NCBI GenBank assembly: GCA_040902005.1
Contig: JBBDYA010000114.1
Coordinates: 10,180-74,179 of the forward strand
Direction: 5' to 3'
DNA length: 64,000 nucleotides
Source of the DNA: Gemmatimonadaceae bacterium
GTDB taxonomy: Bacteria; Gemmatimonadota; Gemmatimonadetes; Gemmatimonadales; Gemmatimonadaceae
Shown here in pieces: positions 53,860 to 61,811 of this stretch (the first letter of the stretch is position 1; each line of letters starts with the position of its first letter). Under the pieces are notes generated by a model, which saw only the letters and a list, made by a program, of their open reading frames with translations, had not been told where the DNA came from and did not search any database. Made by a program: the position numbers and the translations under genes.

Positions 53860-55055
53860 ACGAACGCCCGGTCGGAGGAGGTGGGAGGGGTGGCCTGGGG
53901 GGATCGATGCGGGAGCAGCGCGCGGGGCATGACGAGTGACAGCGTAGTCCCCACCGTCTTCGAGCCACTGACCTCCAGGCGGCCGCCACAGCCGCGCAGG
54001 ATGCTGTTGACCACGCCCAGGTCGGCTTCGGGCAGGCCGTCGTCGCCGAAGTCGGCGTGCGTGAGCGGCAAGTCCGGGTAGCTGTTTTCGATCTCGGGCA
54101 CGTCGCCCGGCCCTGAATCGGTGATCTCGATGCAGAATTCGGATTCACCGCGCGCGCGGACGCGAACGGCGATGCACCGGTTGATGGTCCCGTGCGAGCG
54201 CAGCTCGGCGTAGCGCAACGCGACGAGCAGCGCGTGCTCCAGCCCGCGCATGTCCGCGCGCACGGGCATGAATTCCGGCAGCGTCTCGAGCTCCAGCGCA
54301 ATGCCCTGCTCGCGAATGGCGTAGCCACGAAACCGCAGCACCCGCTCCACGAACGGATTCACGTCGAGCACGCCATCCTGCGCCCGCGTATCCCGATGGA
54401 AGTCGAGCATGTCGTTCAGCACCACGAAGGCACGCCGCAGTTCCATGTGGATGTGGCGCACCGAGTCCTTGTGACGCTCCTCGGGCAGTTCCGCGATCAG
54501 AAGCTCCGCGATGGCCGACGCACCGGTGAGGGGGTTGGCCATCTGATGCGCCATGCTGTCCGCGATGGCGTTGACCGAGCGCAGCTTGTTGGCGCGGCGG
54601 CCCAACTCAGCGTCCGTTCGCGACGCGATGGCGTGCAGCACCGCCGCGGTGGTGTCCAGCACGACTGGAATCCAGGATTCGCGGAGCTGCATCACGGCCC
54701 GCTTCGCATCCGCAAGCAGGAGCGCTCCCACCATGCGGCCGTGCGCGCGCAGCGGCACGACCATGACACCGGTGGCGCGATCCACGCCGGGGGCCGCGCC
54801 GCCCGCGAGGTGCGGATCGATCCGCTCCGGCCAGCGCTGCGGCACGCCCGTCTCCGCGAGCGGCAGCAGCGACACGCCGTCACGATCGCGGAGCACCAGG
54901 GCGGCGTCGGCGTCGTCGAGCACCGGCGCGAGCGCCAGGAGCAGCCGGTCGGCGCCGCTGCGCATGGTGTCGGCGTCCAGCAGCACGCCGAGGAGCGCGG
55001 CTTCGATCTCAGCGCTGGAAACGGCGGTGGCTGTCATACCGATGAGTATCGGCAT
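53856..55055 (-). CDS. Cytoplasmic GAF-domain sensor histidine kinase
   Basis: An N-terminal GAF-like region is followed by an H-box region (IADSMAHQMANPLTGA) and a HATPase_c domain (ITDSGPGD..., GGRLEV). ATGA coupling to the response regulator. The start is uncertain (TTG 55064, ATG 55055 or ATG 55037). Confidence 0.8.
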   Translation of the reverse strand: MPILIGMTATAVSSAEIEAALLGVLLDADTMRSGADRLLLALAPVLDDADAALVLRDRDGVSLLPLAETGVPQRWPERIDPHLAGGAAPGVDRATGVMVVPLRAHGRMVGALLLADAKRAVMQLRESWIPVVLDTTAAVLHAIASRTDAELGRRANKLRSVNAIADSMAHQMANPLTGASAIAELLIAELPEERHKDSVRHIHMELRRAFVVLNDMLDFHRDTRAQDGVLDVNPFVERVLRFRGYAIREQGIALELETLPEFMPVRADMRGLEHALLVALRYAELRSHGTINRCIAVRVRARGESEFCIEITDSGPGDVPEIENSYPDLPLTHADFGDDGLPEADLGVVNSILRGCGGRLEVSGSKTVGTTLSLVMPRALLPHRSPQATPPTSSDRAFV

Positions 55056-55077
55056 GCCCTGCAATTACTTTAACCCC

Positions 55078-55857
55078 TCAACGACCGCCTTGCTGGCGCC
55101 ACCCAGCGAGGGCTGCGTCGATGTCACTCTGATGCAGCAGGTACTCGGGAAGTTGCTTCCGGCGCTCCGCCGTTTCAGCGCGCGAAAGCCGCTCCAGAAA
55201 CCGTCGCGCTTCTACTTCGTCGCCACGCATCCTCGCGGCCAGGGACGCGAGGAGGAGACCGAGCAGGTGCTGGGGTTGCTCGCGGAGGATGCTGTCCGCC
55301 TGTGCCCCCGCGATGCCGGGATCGCCGGCCACCTCGGCCAGGCGTCCCATGTCGTAGCGCTGGTCGGCATTGAGCGTGCCCAGCGCGGCATACGCCTGCA
55401 TCGCCATGGGCATGAAGAACTGCACGGAATCGACGCGGCCGCGTTCAGCAGCCCCCATGATTCGATCGTAGAGCCGCTCGGCGCGCTCTTCGGGAGAGAG
55501 GGAACTGATGTCCGGCGCGCGCGCGCCACCGCCGAGCGGGGAACCCGTCAGGGATGAGAGGGGCGCCTGTGGCTGGGGACCGCGGCCGAAGCGTTGTCCA
55601 GCCGCGAGCGCGATGAGCGCGAGCAGCGCGATGGCCGCGACGGCCCAGGGCAGCGCGTTGCCCACGCCGGAGGCGGCCGGGGCGGTGGCGGCGGCGGCGC
55701 CGGCGCCGGCACGCGTCCCGCACCGGTGGCAGAACTTCGCGCCGGGCGTCAACGGTGCGCGACAGGCGAGGCAGGTGGCCCCCTCCAGGGGAGCGCCGCA
55801 GCCCGCGCAGAATTTTCCCTCAGCCTCCTCGCCGCACGACGGGCAGGGCCTGGTCAT
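55078..55857 (-). CDS. Double zinc-ribbon / TM / TPR-like protein
   Basis: MTRPCPSCGEEAEGKFCAGCGAPLEGATCLACRAPLTPGAKFCHRCG is the double zinc ribbon. A TM helix follows (LPWAVAAIALLALIALAA), then a helical-repeat domain. Confidence 0.6.
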   Translation of the reverse strand: MTRPCPSCGEEAEGKFCAGCGAPLEGATCLACRAPLTPGAKFCHRCGTRAGAGAAAATAPAASGVGNALPWAVAAIALLALIALAAGQRFGRGPQPQAPLSSLTGSPLGGGARAPDISSLSPEERAERLYDRIMGAAERGRVDSVQFFMPMAMQAYAALGTLNADQRYDMGRLAEVAGDPGIAGAQADSILREQPQHLLGLLLASLAARMRGDEVEARRFLERLSRAETAERRKQLPEYLLHQSDIDAALAGWRQQGGR

Positions 55858-55955
55858 CGGCGGAAATCTAGCGTGGCTGGCCGGACCGCTCGGCTTGTTC
55901 TATCGCGTCCGAGGCCTCATCCTCCCTGCTCCAATCTCCCCCCCCTCCGGTTTCA

Positions 55956-57314
55956 GTGACCACACGATCCATCACCCCGGACGTCCAGGGCGCCACCGCG
56001 AAGGACATTCTCGAGCTGACGCAGCGGCACAACGTGCGCTCGATGCGGCTGCAGTTCACGGACATTCTTGGCGTGAACAAGAACGTCGAGATTCCCGCGT
56101 CGCAGTTCGCGAAGGCGCTCGCGGGGGACATCATGTTCGACGGCTCGTCGATCGAGGGCTTCGTGCGGGTGGAAGAATCGGACATGCTGCTGAAGCCGGA
56201 TCTCTCGACGTTCCGCCTGTTTCCGTGGGCGCCGTCGGACGCGCGCATCGCGCGGGTGATCTGCGACATCAGCTCGCCCAACGGCGAACCGTTCGCGGGC
56301 GACCCGCGCGGCGTGCTGAAGCGCACGATCGCGCGCGCGGCGGACATGGGGTTCGCGATGAACGCGGGGATGGAGGCGGAGTTCTTCCTGTTTCGGCGCA
56401 CGCCGGACGGCGCGCCGAGCACGGCCACGCACGACGTGGGCAGCTACTTCGATCTCGCGCCGGCCGATCTGGGGGAGGACGCGCGACGCGCGATGGTGGA
56501 TGTGCTCGAGCAGATGGGGTTCGAGGTGGAAACGTCGCATCACGAGGTGGCGCACGGTCAGCACGAGATCGACTTCCGGTACGCCGACGCGCTGCTCACC
56601 GCGGACAACATCGCGACCTTCCGCTTCGTGGTGAAACACGTGGCGCACCAGTTCGGGCTCAGCGCGTCGTTCATGCCCAAGCCGATCTATGCGCAGAATG
56701 GCAGCGGGATGCACACGCACCAGTCGCTGTTCCGGGGCAAGGACAACGCGTTCTGGGACCGGAAGGCGGAGTGGGAACTGTCGAAGGTGGCGTTGCACTA
56801 CATCGGCGGACTGCTGAAGCACGCGCGTGGCATGTCCGCGATCACCAACCCGCTGGTGAATTCCTACAAGCGGCTGGTGCCGGGCTATGAGGCGCCGGTG
56901 AACGTCGCGTGGTCCATGCGCAACCGCTCGCCGCTCATTCGCGTGCCGGAGCGGCGGGGGGCGGGAACGCGCGTGGAGCTGCGCGCGCCCGACCCGGCGG
57001 CGAACCCCTACCTGGCGCTGAGTGTGATGCTCGCCGCGGGGCTGGACGGCATCGCGACGGACGCGGACTGGCGCGAGCCGGTGAACGAGAACATCCGGGA
57101 CATGAGCCACCGCGAGCGGCGGCGGCTTCGCATCGACGACCTGCCGCACGACCTGAACGAGGCGCTGGACGAGCTGGAGAAGGACGATGTGATCTCCGGC
57201 GCGCTGGGCGAGCACGTGACTCGGCACTTCGTCGAGGCCAAGCGCCGCGAGTGGCAGGACTACGCGACCCAGGTCACCGACTGGGAGCTGAAGAACTATC
57301 TGCTGAAGTACTGA
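55956..57314 (+). CDS. glnA: Glutamine synthetase type I
   Basis: The 452-aa protein has a GTG start. RLQFTDILGVNKNVEIP, FDGSSIEGF, EVAHGQHEIDF, MPKPIYAQNGSGMHTH and NSYKRLVPGYEAP are canonical GSI motifs. Confidence 0.95.
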   Translation: MTTRSITPDVQGATAKDILELTQRHNVRSMRLQFTDILGVNKNVEIPASQFAKALAGDIMFDGSSIEGFVRVEESDMLLKPDLSTFRLFPWAPSDARIARVICDISSPNGEPFAGDPRGVLKRTIARAADMGFAMNAGMEAEFFLFRRTPDGAPSTATHDVGSYFDLAPADLGEDARRAMVDVLEQMGFEVETSHHEVAHGQHEIDFRYADALLTADNIATFRFVVKHVAHQFGLSASFMPKPIYAQNGSGMHTHQSLFRGKDNAFWDRKAEWELSKVALHYIGGLLKHARGMSAITNPLVNSYKRLVPGYEAPVNVAWSMRNRSPLIRVPERRGAGTRVELRAPDPAANPYLALSVMLAAGLDGIATDADWREPVNENIRDMSHRERRRLRIDDLPHDLNEALDELEKDDVISGALGEHVTRHFVEAKRREWQDYATQVTDWELKNYLLKY

Positions 57315-57317
57315 AAG

Positions 57318-57417
57318 TTCGGGAATAGGGAAGAGGGAAGCGGGAAGGGGGAAGAGGGAAACCGAAACCGCCGTTGTGGTTTCCCCTTTCCTCCTTCCCT
57401 CTTCCCTCTTCCCCGAA
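57318..57417. repeat. Second copy of the (GGGAAG)n-arm palindromic element; probable bidirectional terminator
   Basis: TTCGGGAATAGGGAAGAGGGAAGCGGGAAGGGGGAAGAGGGAAACCGAAACCGCCGTTGTGGTTTCCCCTTTCCTCCTTCCCTCTTCCCTCTTCCCCGAA shares the termini and the core GGGAAACCACAACGGCGG with the element at 35755-35923. It fills the gap between convergent glnA and glnN. Confidence 0.85.
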
Positions 57418-57423
57418 GTTAGT

Positions 57424-59646
57424 TCAGACGGGAAAGAGCATCTCCCGGTACTTCGGCAACGGCCAGCAGTCGTCGTCCACCATCCCTTCCAGCTTGTCTG
57501 CCGCCACGCGGACCGCCTGCATCGCGTCGCGGCCCTGCCGCGTGAGGTATGCGGCGCACTCCTCGAGGCGTTCGTCCAGCGACTCGGCCTTGTCGATGAC
57601 CTTGTCCAGCGCGGCGCGCTGTTTCTGCAACGCCTTGATGGCTTTCCCGAGCGTATTCGCCGCTTCCAGCTGCGGAACGATGGTGACCCGCGCGGACTTG
57701 GCCTTCGCGACGGCGTCGAGGAGCGTGCCGTGGTAGCCCAATGACGCCGGGAGCACGAGCGTGTCGATCATTTCGCGCAGCGTGCCCAGCTCGATCAGGA
57801 TGTCCTTGATGTAGCGCTCGAGGCGCACGTGGTAGCGGGAGTCCAGCTCTTCTTCCGTGAGGATCTTCAGCCCGGTGAGGCATGCGCGCGAAGACTTGGT
57901 GACGAGCTGTGCGAGCGCGTCCGGCGTGCGGCGCAGGTTCGGCAGCCCGCGGGCCTCGGCCTCCTTCACCCATTCGGCGGAATAGTTGTTTCCGTCGAAC
58001 CGGATCGGCGTGGTTTCGCGAAAGACGCGGCGCACGACCTTCAGCACGGCGTCGTCCGTTTCGGGGGTCTTCTTCAGCTCCTGGCGCAGCAGCTCCGACA
58101 CCTCGCCGAGCGCGTCGGCGACCGCGGCGTTCAACAGCGCGACGGGAAACGCGATGGACTGCGACGCGCCGACGGCGCGGAACTCGAACTTGGACCCGGT
58201 GAACGCAAACGGGGACGTGCGGTTCCGGTCTGTGCTGTCGCGCTTGATCTCCGGAATGCGGGAGATGCCGAGTTTCATCATCTTCTCCTCGGCGCGCAGC
58301 GGCCCCTTCTCGTGGACGATGGACTCGATCATTCCGGAGAGACTCTCGCCCATGAACACGGAGATGATCGCGGGCGGCGCCTCGTTGGCGCCCAGGCGGT
58401 GCTCGTTGCCCGATGACGCGATGCCGGCGCGCATCATCCCGGCGTGCTTGTGCACTCCCTTCAGCACGGCCGCGAGAAACGCGAGAAACCGCACGTTCTG
58501 ATGCGGCGTGTGTCCGGGGTTCAGCAGGTTGAAGCCGTCCAGATCGGGATCGTCCGCCGCGATCGACAGGGACCAGTTGCAGTGCTTACCCGAGCCGTTG
58601 ATTCGCGCGAAGGGCTTCTCGTGCAGCAGCGCGTGCAGGTCGTGCCGCAGCGCGACGCGCCGCAGCGTGGCCATCACGAGCTGGTTGTGATCCGTGGCAA
58701 CGTCGGTTTCCTCGAACCGCGGCGCCATCTCGTACTGGCTGGGCGCGACCTCGTTGTGCCGCGTCACGATTGGCACCCCGAGCTTGTACAGCTCCGTCTC
58801 CACTTCCGCGATGCAGGCCTGGATGCGCTCCGGAATGCCGCCGAAGTAGTGGTCCTCCAGCTGCTGGCCGCGCGTGGGGGCCGCACCCAGCAGGGTGCGC
58901 CCCGACATCACCAGGTCGGGACGGAGCGCGAAGTGCGCGCGATCGATGAGGAAATACTCCTGCTCCGCGCCAAGCGTGGTGTAGATGCGATGCACGCCCT
59001 TGTCGCCGAGCAGCTCGAGGAGCTCGATGGCCTTCGCGCTCAAGGCATCGCTGCTGCGCAGGAGGGGCGTGACCTCGTCCAGCGCTTCCCCGTCGTAGCC
59101 GACGAAGACGGAGGGGATGCAGAGCGTCTTGACCCCCGCCCACTCCGCGATGAACACCGGGCTCGACGGATTCCACGCCGTGTAGCCGCGCGCTTCCCAG
59201 GTGGAGCGCAGTCCGCCCGACGGGAAGCTCGATGCGTCCGGCTCGCCCTGCACGAGCTGCGATGCGGTGAATGTTTCCATCGGCGCGCCGTCGTCGAACG
59301 ACAGGAACGCGTCGTGCTTCTCCGCCGTCAATCCGGTCTGCGGCTGGAACCAGTGCGTGAAGTGCGTCGCGCCGCGGCCCACCGCCCACTCCCTGATGAC
59401 CGCCGCCACTCGCCCCGCGATGTCCGGATCCAGCGTTTTTCCCTGGCGCACCGCGGCGAGCATCTTCTGGTAGACCTCACGCGAGAGCTTGTCGCGCATC
59501 TGCCGCACACCAAAGGTGTTGATCCCGAAGTATTCGGAGATCTTCGCGGGCTGTCCGTTTTGCATGATGGGCGGCGCTGGTTTGGGGGTCCGACTCGTGA
59601 GTTCGCGGCTCACGTTCTTGCGCATCTGGACTGTTCTGGGCGGCAT
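57424..59646 (-). CDS. glnN: Glutamine synthetase type III
   Basis: The ~740-aa protein includes ISEYFGINTFGVRQMRDKL..., VRFLAFLAAVLKGVHKH and NRTSPFAFTGSKFEFRAVG, typical of GSIII. ATG 59646 follows GAGGAAG. The longer GTG 59697 start overlaps a palindrome and is disfavoured. Confidence 0.9.
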   Translation of the reverse strand: MPPRTVQMRKNVSRELTSRTPKPAPPIMQNGQPAKISEYFGINTFGVRQMRDKLSREVYQKMLAAVRQGKTLDPDIAGRVAAVIREWAVGRGATHFTHWFQPQTGLTAEKHDAFLSFDDGAPMETFTASQLVQGEPDASSFPSGGLRSTWEARGYTAWNPSSPVFIAEWAGVKTLCIPSVFVGYDGEALDEVTPLLRSSDALSAKAIELLELLGDKGVHRIYTTLGAEQEYFLIDRAHFALRPDLVMSGRTLLGAAPTRGQQLEDHYFGGIPERIQACIAEVETELYKLGVPIVTRHNEVAPSQYEMAPRFEETDVATDHNQLVMATLRRVALRHDLHALLHEKPFARINGSGKHCNWSLSIAADDPDLDGFNLLNPGHTPHQNVRFLAFLAAVLKGVHKHAGMMRAGIASSGNEHRLGANEAPPAIISVFMGESLSGMIESIVHEKGPLRAEEKMMKLGISRIPEIKRDSTDRNRTSPFAFTGSKFEFRAVGASQSIAFPVALLNAAVADALGEVSELLRQELKKTPETDDAVLKVVRRVFRETTPIRFDGNNYSAEWVKEAEARGLPNLRRTPDALAQLVTKSSRACLTGLKILTEEELDSRYHVRLERYIKDILIELGTLREMIDTLVLPASLGYHGTLLDAVAKAKSARVTIVPQLEAANTLGKAIKALQKQRAALDKVIDKAESLDERLEECAAYLTRQGRDAMQAVRVAADKLEGMVDDDCWPLPKYREMLFPV

Positions 59647-59680
59647 ATGCTCGGAGCTTCCTCGGTGTGTGTTATCGGAA

Positions 59681-59699
59681 TTGTGCAAAGACTGCACAA
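59681..59699. promoter_or_regulatory. Palindrome TTGTGCA-N5-TGCACAA upstream of glnN
   Basis: The perfect 7-bp arms lie 35-53 nt upstream of the preferred glnN ATG, inside an unusually AT-rich ~150-bp stretch. Confidence 0.4.
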
Positions 59700-59933
59700 A
59701 TCACTGGTCAAAAATGCCAAATCAGGCCAGAAAAAACAACTTTGAGCACCAAGCACTGCAATTGTCACAAATCATGGCAGACACTAGCGACTGGGGAGAA
59801 GTCCGTGTCGTGGGCTGACGACTCCCGCGGAATGTCCGGCGAACTCCATGCCGGGAACCCTGACCACGCAGGAAGCCGGGGCGGCGGCCGCGAACACCTA
59901 CACCTTCACCCCGGCAGCGGACCTGAACCGGGG

Positions 59934-60557
59934 CTACTGCCTCGCGATGACGTTCGCCAGCACCTGTTCGGCGTGCGCGAGGTGCGCGGCGACCGCCGGA
60001 CGCACGGTGTTCAACAGCCCGCGCACTTCGATGTGCTGGGCAGCGGGCAGCATGACGTTGTCGATGGACGCAAGGAACTTCCTGTGGTACGTCACCTCGT
60101 TCGCGATGTACGTGGAATCGAACTTGTAGCCGGACAGTTCGCGGAGCAGGTCGCGCTTTTCGGCGGACTCGTCGCGCATGTCGAGACTGGCGACATTGTC
60201 CACGGCGGCAATGTCGAGTCTGGTCAGCAGGTTGTTCACCAGGCCATTCACGCCGATGTGGTCCGCCAGCATCCGCTCCGCGAACCGCTTGATGTCGTCC
60301 CGCTCGGCGCGCGCCGGCGCGAGGCGCGCATAGCTGATGTCGGTGTTGTTCAACGCCATCACCATTGCCGCGATGTTCGCGTCGGTGACAGCGGCGTTCG
60401 CCTGCGTTCGCGCGGGCGACGACGCCGGCGCCGCTGGGGCGACCGGATCGGCGGGGTGCGCCGATCCCGTGGCGGGATCGATCGGCCGGAAGTATCGGCA
60501 TCCGGTCGTAAGGACGGCGGCGGCGGCGAGCGAGAGCAGCGAACGGCGGAAGAGCAT
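59934..60557 (-). CDS. DUF4142-like lipoprotein
   Basis: MLFRRSLLSLAAAAVLTTGC carries a lipobox. The helical repeats FAERMLADH... / ...YHRKFL... resemble DUF4142. Confidence 0.6.
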   Translation of the reverse strand: MLFRRSLLSLAAAAVLTTGCRYFRPIDPATGSAHPADPVAPAAPASSPARTQANAAVTDANIAAMVMALNNTDISYARLAPARAERDDIKRFAERMLADHIGVNGLVNNLLTRLDIAAVDNVASLDMRDESAEKRDLLRELSGYKFDSTYIANEVTYHRKFLASIDNVMLPAAQHIEVRGLLNTVRPAVAAHLAHAEQVLANVIARQ

Positions 60558-60648
60558 CGCGTGGGCTCCGGGAGAGGCTGGACGATAGTGGCGAGGCAGC
60601 GCCCTGCGGGCAAGCGGGCAAGGGGGGGGGCAAGCGGGCGGGACCGGC

Positions 60649-61497
60649 TCACGGGTTCGGGGCCGGCTCCTCATTGCGCTCCACCTGTGGAGCGCGTCGC
60701 TTGCCGTACAACTGGATCGCCTCCAGCGTGGCCATGCAGAACCCCGCCCACGCCAGTCCGATGATCACGCCGGCGAGGACATCCGAGGGGTAATGGACGC
60801 CGAGGTAGAGCCGCGAGATGCTGATGAGCACGATCAGAATGCCGGCAATGGTCAGGGTGACCGCGCGATGGAGCACTCTCCGCTGAAGGCGGGCCGCCAG
60901 GTACGCCACGGTTCCGTAGACGACGGCTGCGCTCATGGCGTGCCCCGACGGGAATGACCAGCTCACCACCTCCACTCCCCAGTCGAACAGCTGCGGTCGT
61001 GGACGACCGAAGCCCACCTTGAGCAGGTTGTTGAGGAGAATGCCCCCGGTGGTGGCCACAAGCAGCAGCGCCGCGGAGTACTTGTGATTGGAGAGCCAGA
61101 GAAACATTCCGCTCACCGCCACCATCATCAGCGCCACCGATCCGGTGCCCAGGAGGGTGATCTCGAGCATGATGGGCTCGAGTCGCGGTGACCGATGCTC
61201 GGATATCCAGCGCAGCACCGACTCGTCGAACGCCTGCGTGGCGCCGCTGCTGACGTGTCCCGCGAACAGGGCAAAGGCGTACGTGCCGCCCAGCGCCACG
61301 ACCGCTCCGGCAACCAGAAACAGGCCGAAGGTCGCGTAGAAATTGTGCGCATGCGACCCGATGCCGCGGATGAGCGTGAAAAGAATGTCCCAGAATACGT
61401 GGGTTCGTCCGCGCGTCCGGGACCAGACGCCACGCTGCTCGGGCGGCTGGTCGGTCACGCTGATGTCCTGCTCGGAGGGCGGCAGTTGGCTAGCCAT
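60649..61497 (-). CDS. PAP2 superfamily phosphatase (membrane)
   Basis: Start taken at ATG 61497 because the longer track ORF would overrun the tRNA gene. The motifs are KVGFGRPRP, PSGH and SRLYLGVHYPSDV. Confidence 0.85.
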   Translation of the reverse strand: MASQLPPSEQDISVTDQPPEQRGVWSRTRGRTHVFWDILFTLIRGIGSHAHNFYATFGLFLVAGAVVALGGTYAFALFAGHVSSGATQAFDESVLRWISEHRSPRLEPIMLEITLLGTGSVALMMVAVSGMFLWLSNHKYSAALLLVATTGGILLNNLLKVGFGRPRPQLFDWGVEVVSWSFPSGHAMSAAVVYGTVAYLAARLQRRVLHRAVTLTIAGILIVLISISRLYLGVHYPSDVLAGVIIGLAWAGFCMATLEAIQLYGKRRAPQVERNEEPAPNP

Positions 61498-61539
61498 CTT
61501 CTTGAGAAAGTCCTGATACTGGAATAACTTGGAACCTTC

Positions 61540-61610
61540 GGCGCGGTCGCCAAGTGGTAAGGCAGGAGTCTGCAAAACTCCCATCGCCGGTTCGATTCCG
61601 GCTCGCGCCT
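61540..61610 (+). tRNA. tRNA-Cys (GCA)
   Basis: Folded by hand. The acceptor stem is GGCGCGG / UCGCGCC. The D arm is GCC-AAGUGGUAA-GGC. The anticodon stem GGAGU / ACUCC carries the loop CUGCAAA. The T arm is GCCGG-UUCGAUU-CCGGC. CCA is not encoded. Confidence 0.95.
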
Positions 61611-61622
61611 CTCGTTCACCTT

Positions 61623-61640
61623 GCCCCGCCTTGGCGGGGC
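61623..61640 (+). terminator. Short GC hairpin after the tRNA
   Basis: GCCCCGC-cttg-GCGGGGC is followed by ATTGTCGCTTT. Confidence 0.45.
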
Positions 61641-61811
61641 ATTGTCGCTTTCCGAACTGTGGAAGCACCGAGCGTGCCGCACCGCTCGTCCCGCGCGTAT
61701 GGTAGTCGGGGCGTTCGCGAGGTACCTTCGCCGACCGACGGACATAAATCGAACCTTTCCCGGCCGATTCCGATCGGTTTCCGGTCGTTCCGCCGCTCAA
61801 TCATCGAACCC

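Noticed and set aside
59700-59800. Sigma-54 (TGGCAC-N5-TTGCA) promoter upstream of glnN
   Set aside because: The only GCAC…TGCA pair (GAGCACCAAGCACTGCAA) is on the wrong strand for glnN. It also has the wrong GG/GC spacing and lacks the GG dinucleotide.
61498-61800. Upstream 101 aa of ORF 60649..61800 (PAP2) and the first 86 aa of ORF 61554..63377
   Set aside because: Both would run across the tRNA-Cys gene (61540-61610). Internal ATGs at 61497 and 61812 give proper N-termini, and the 61812 start gives a signal peptide.
61540-61811. Genomic island or integrase integrated at tRNA-Cys
   Set aside because: No integrase, direct repeat of the tRNA 3' end, or foreign-looking genes follow the tRNA. 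A short hairpin and an ordinary M20 peptidase gene come next.
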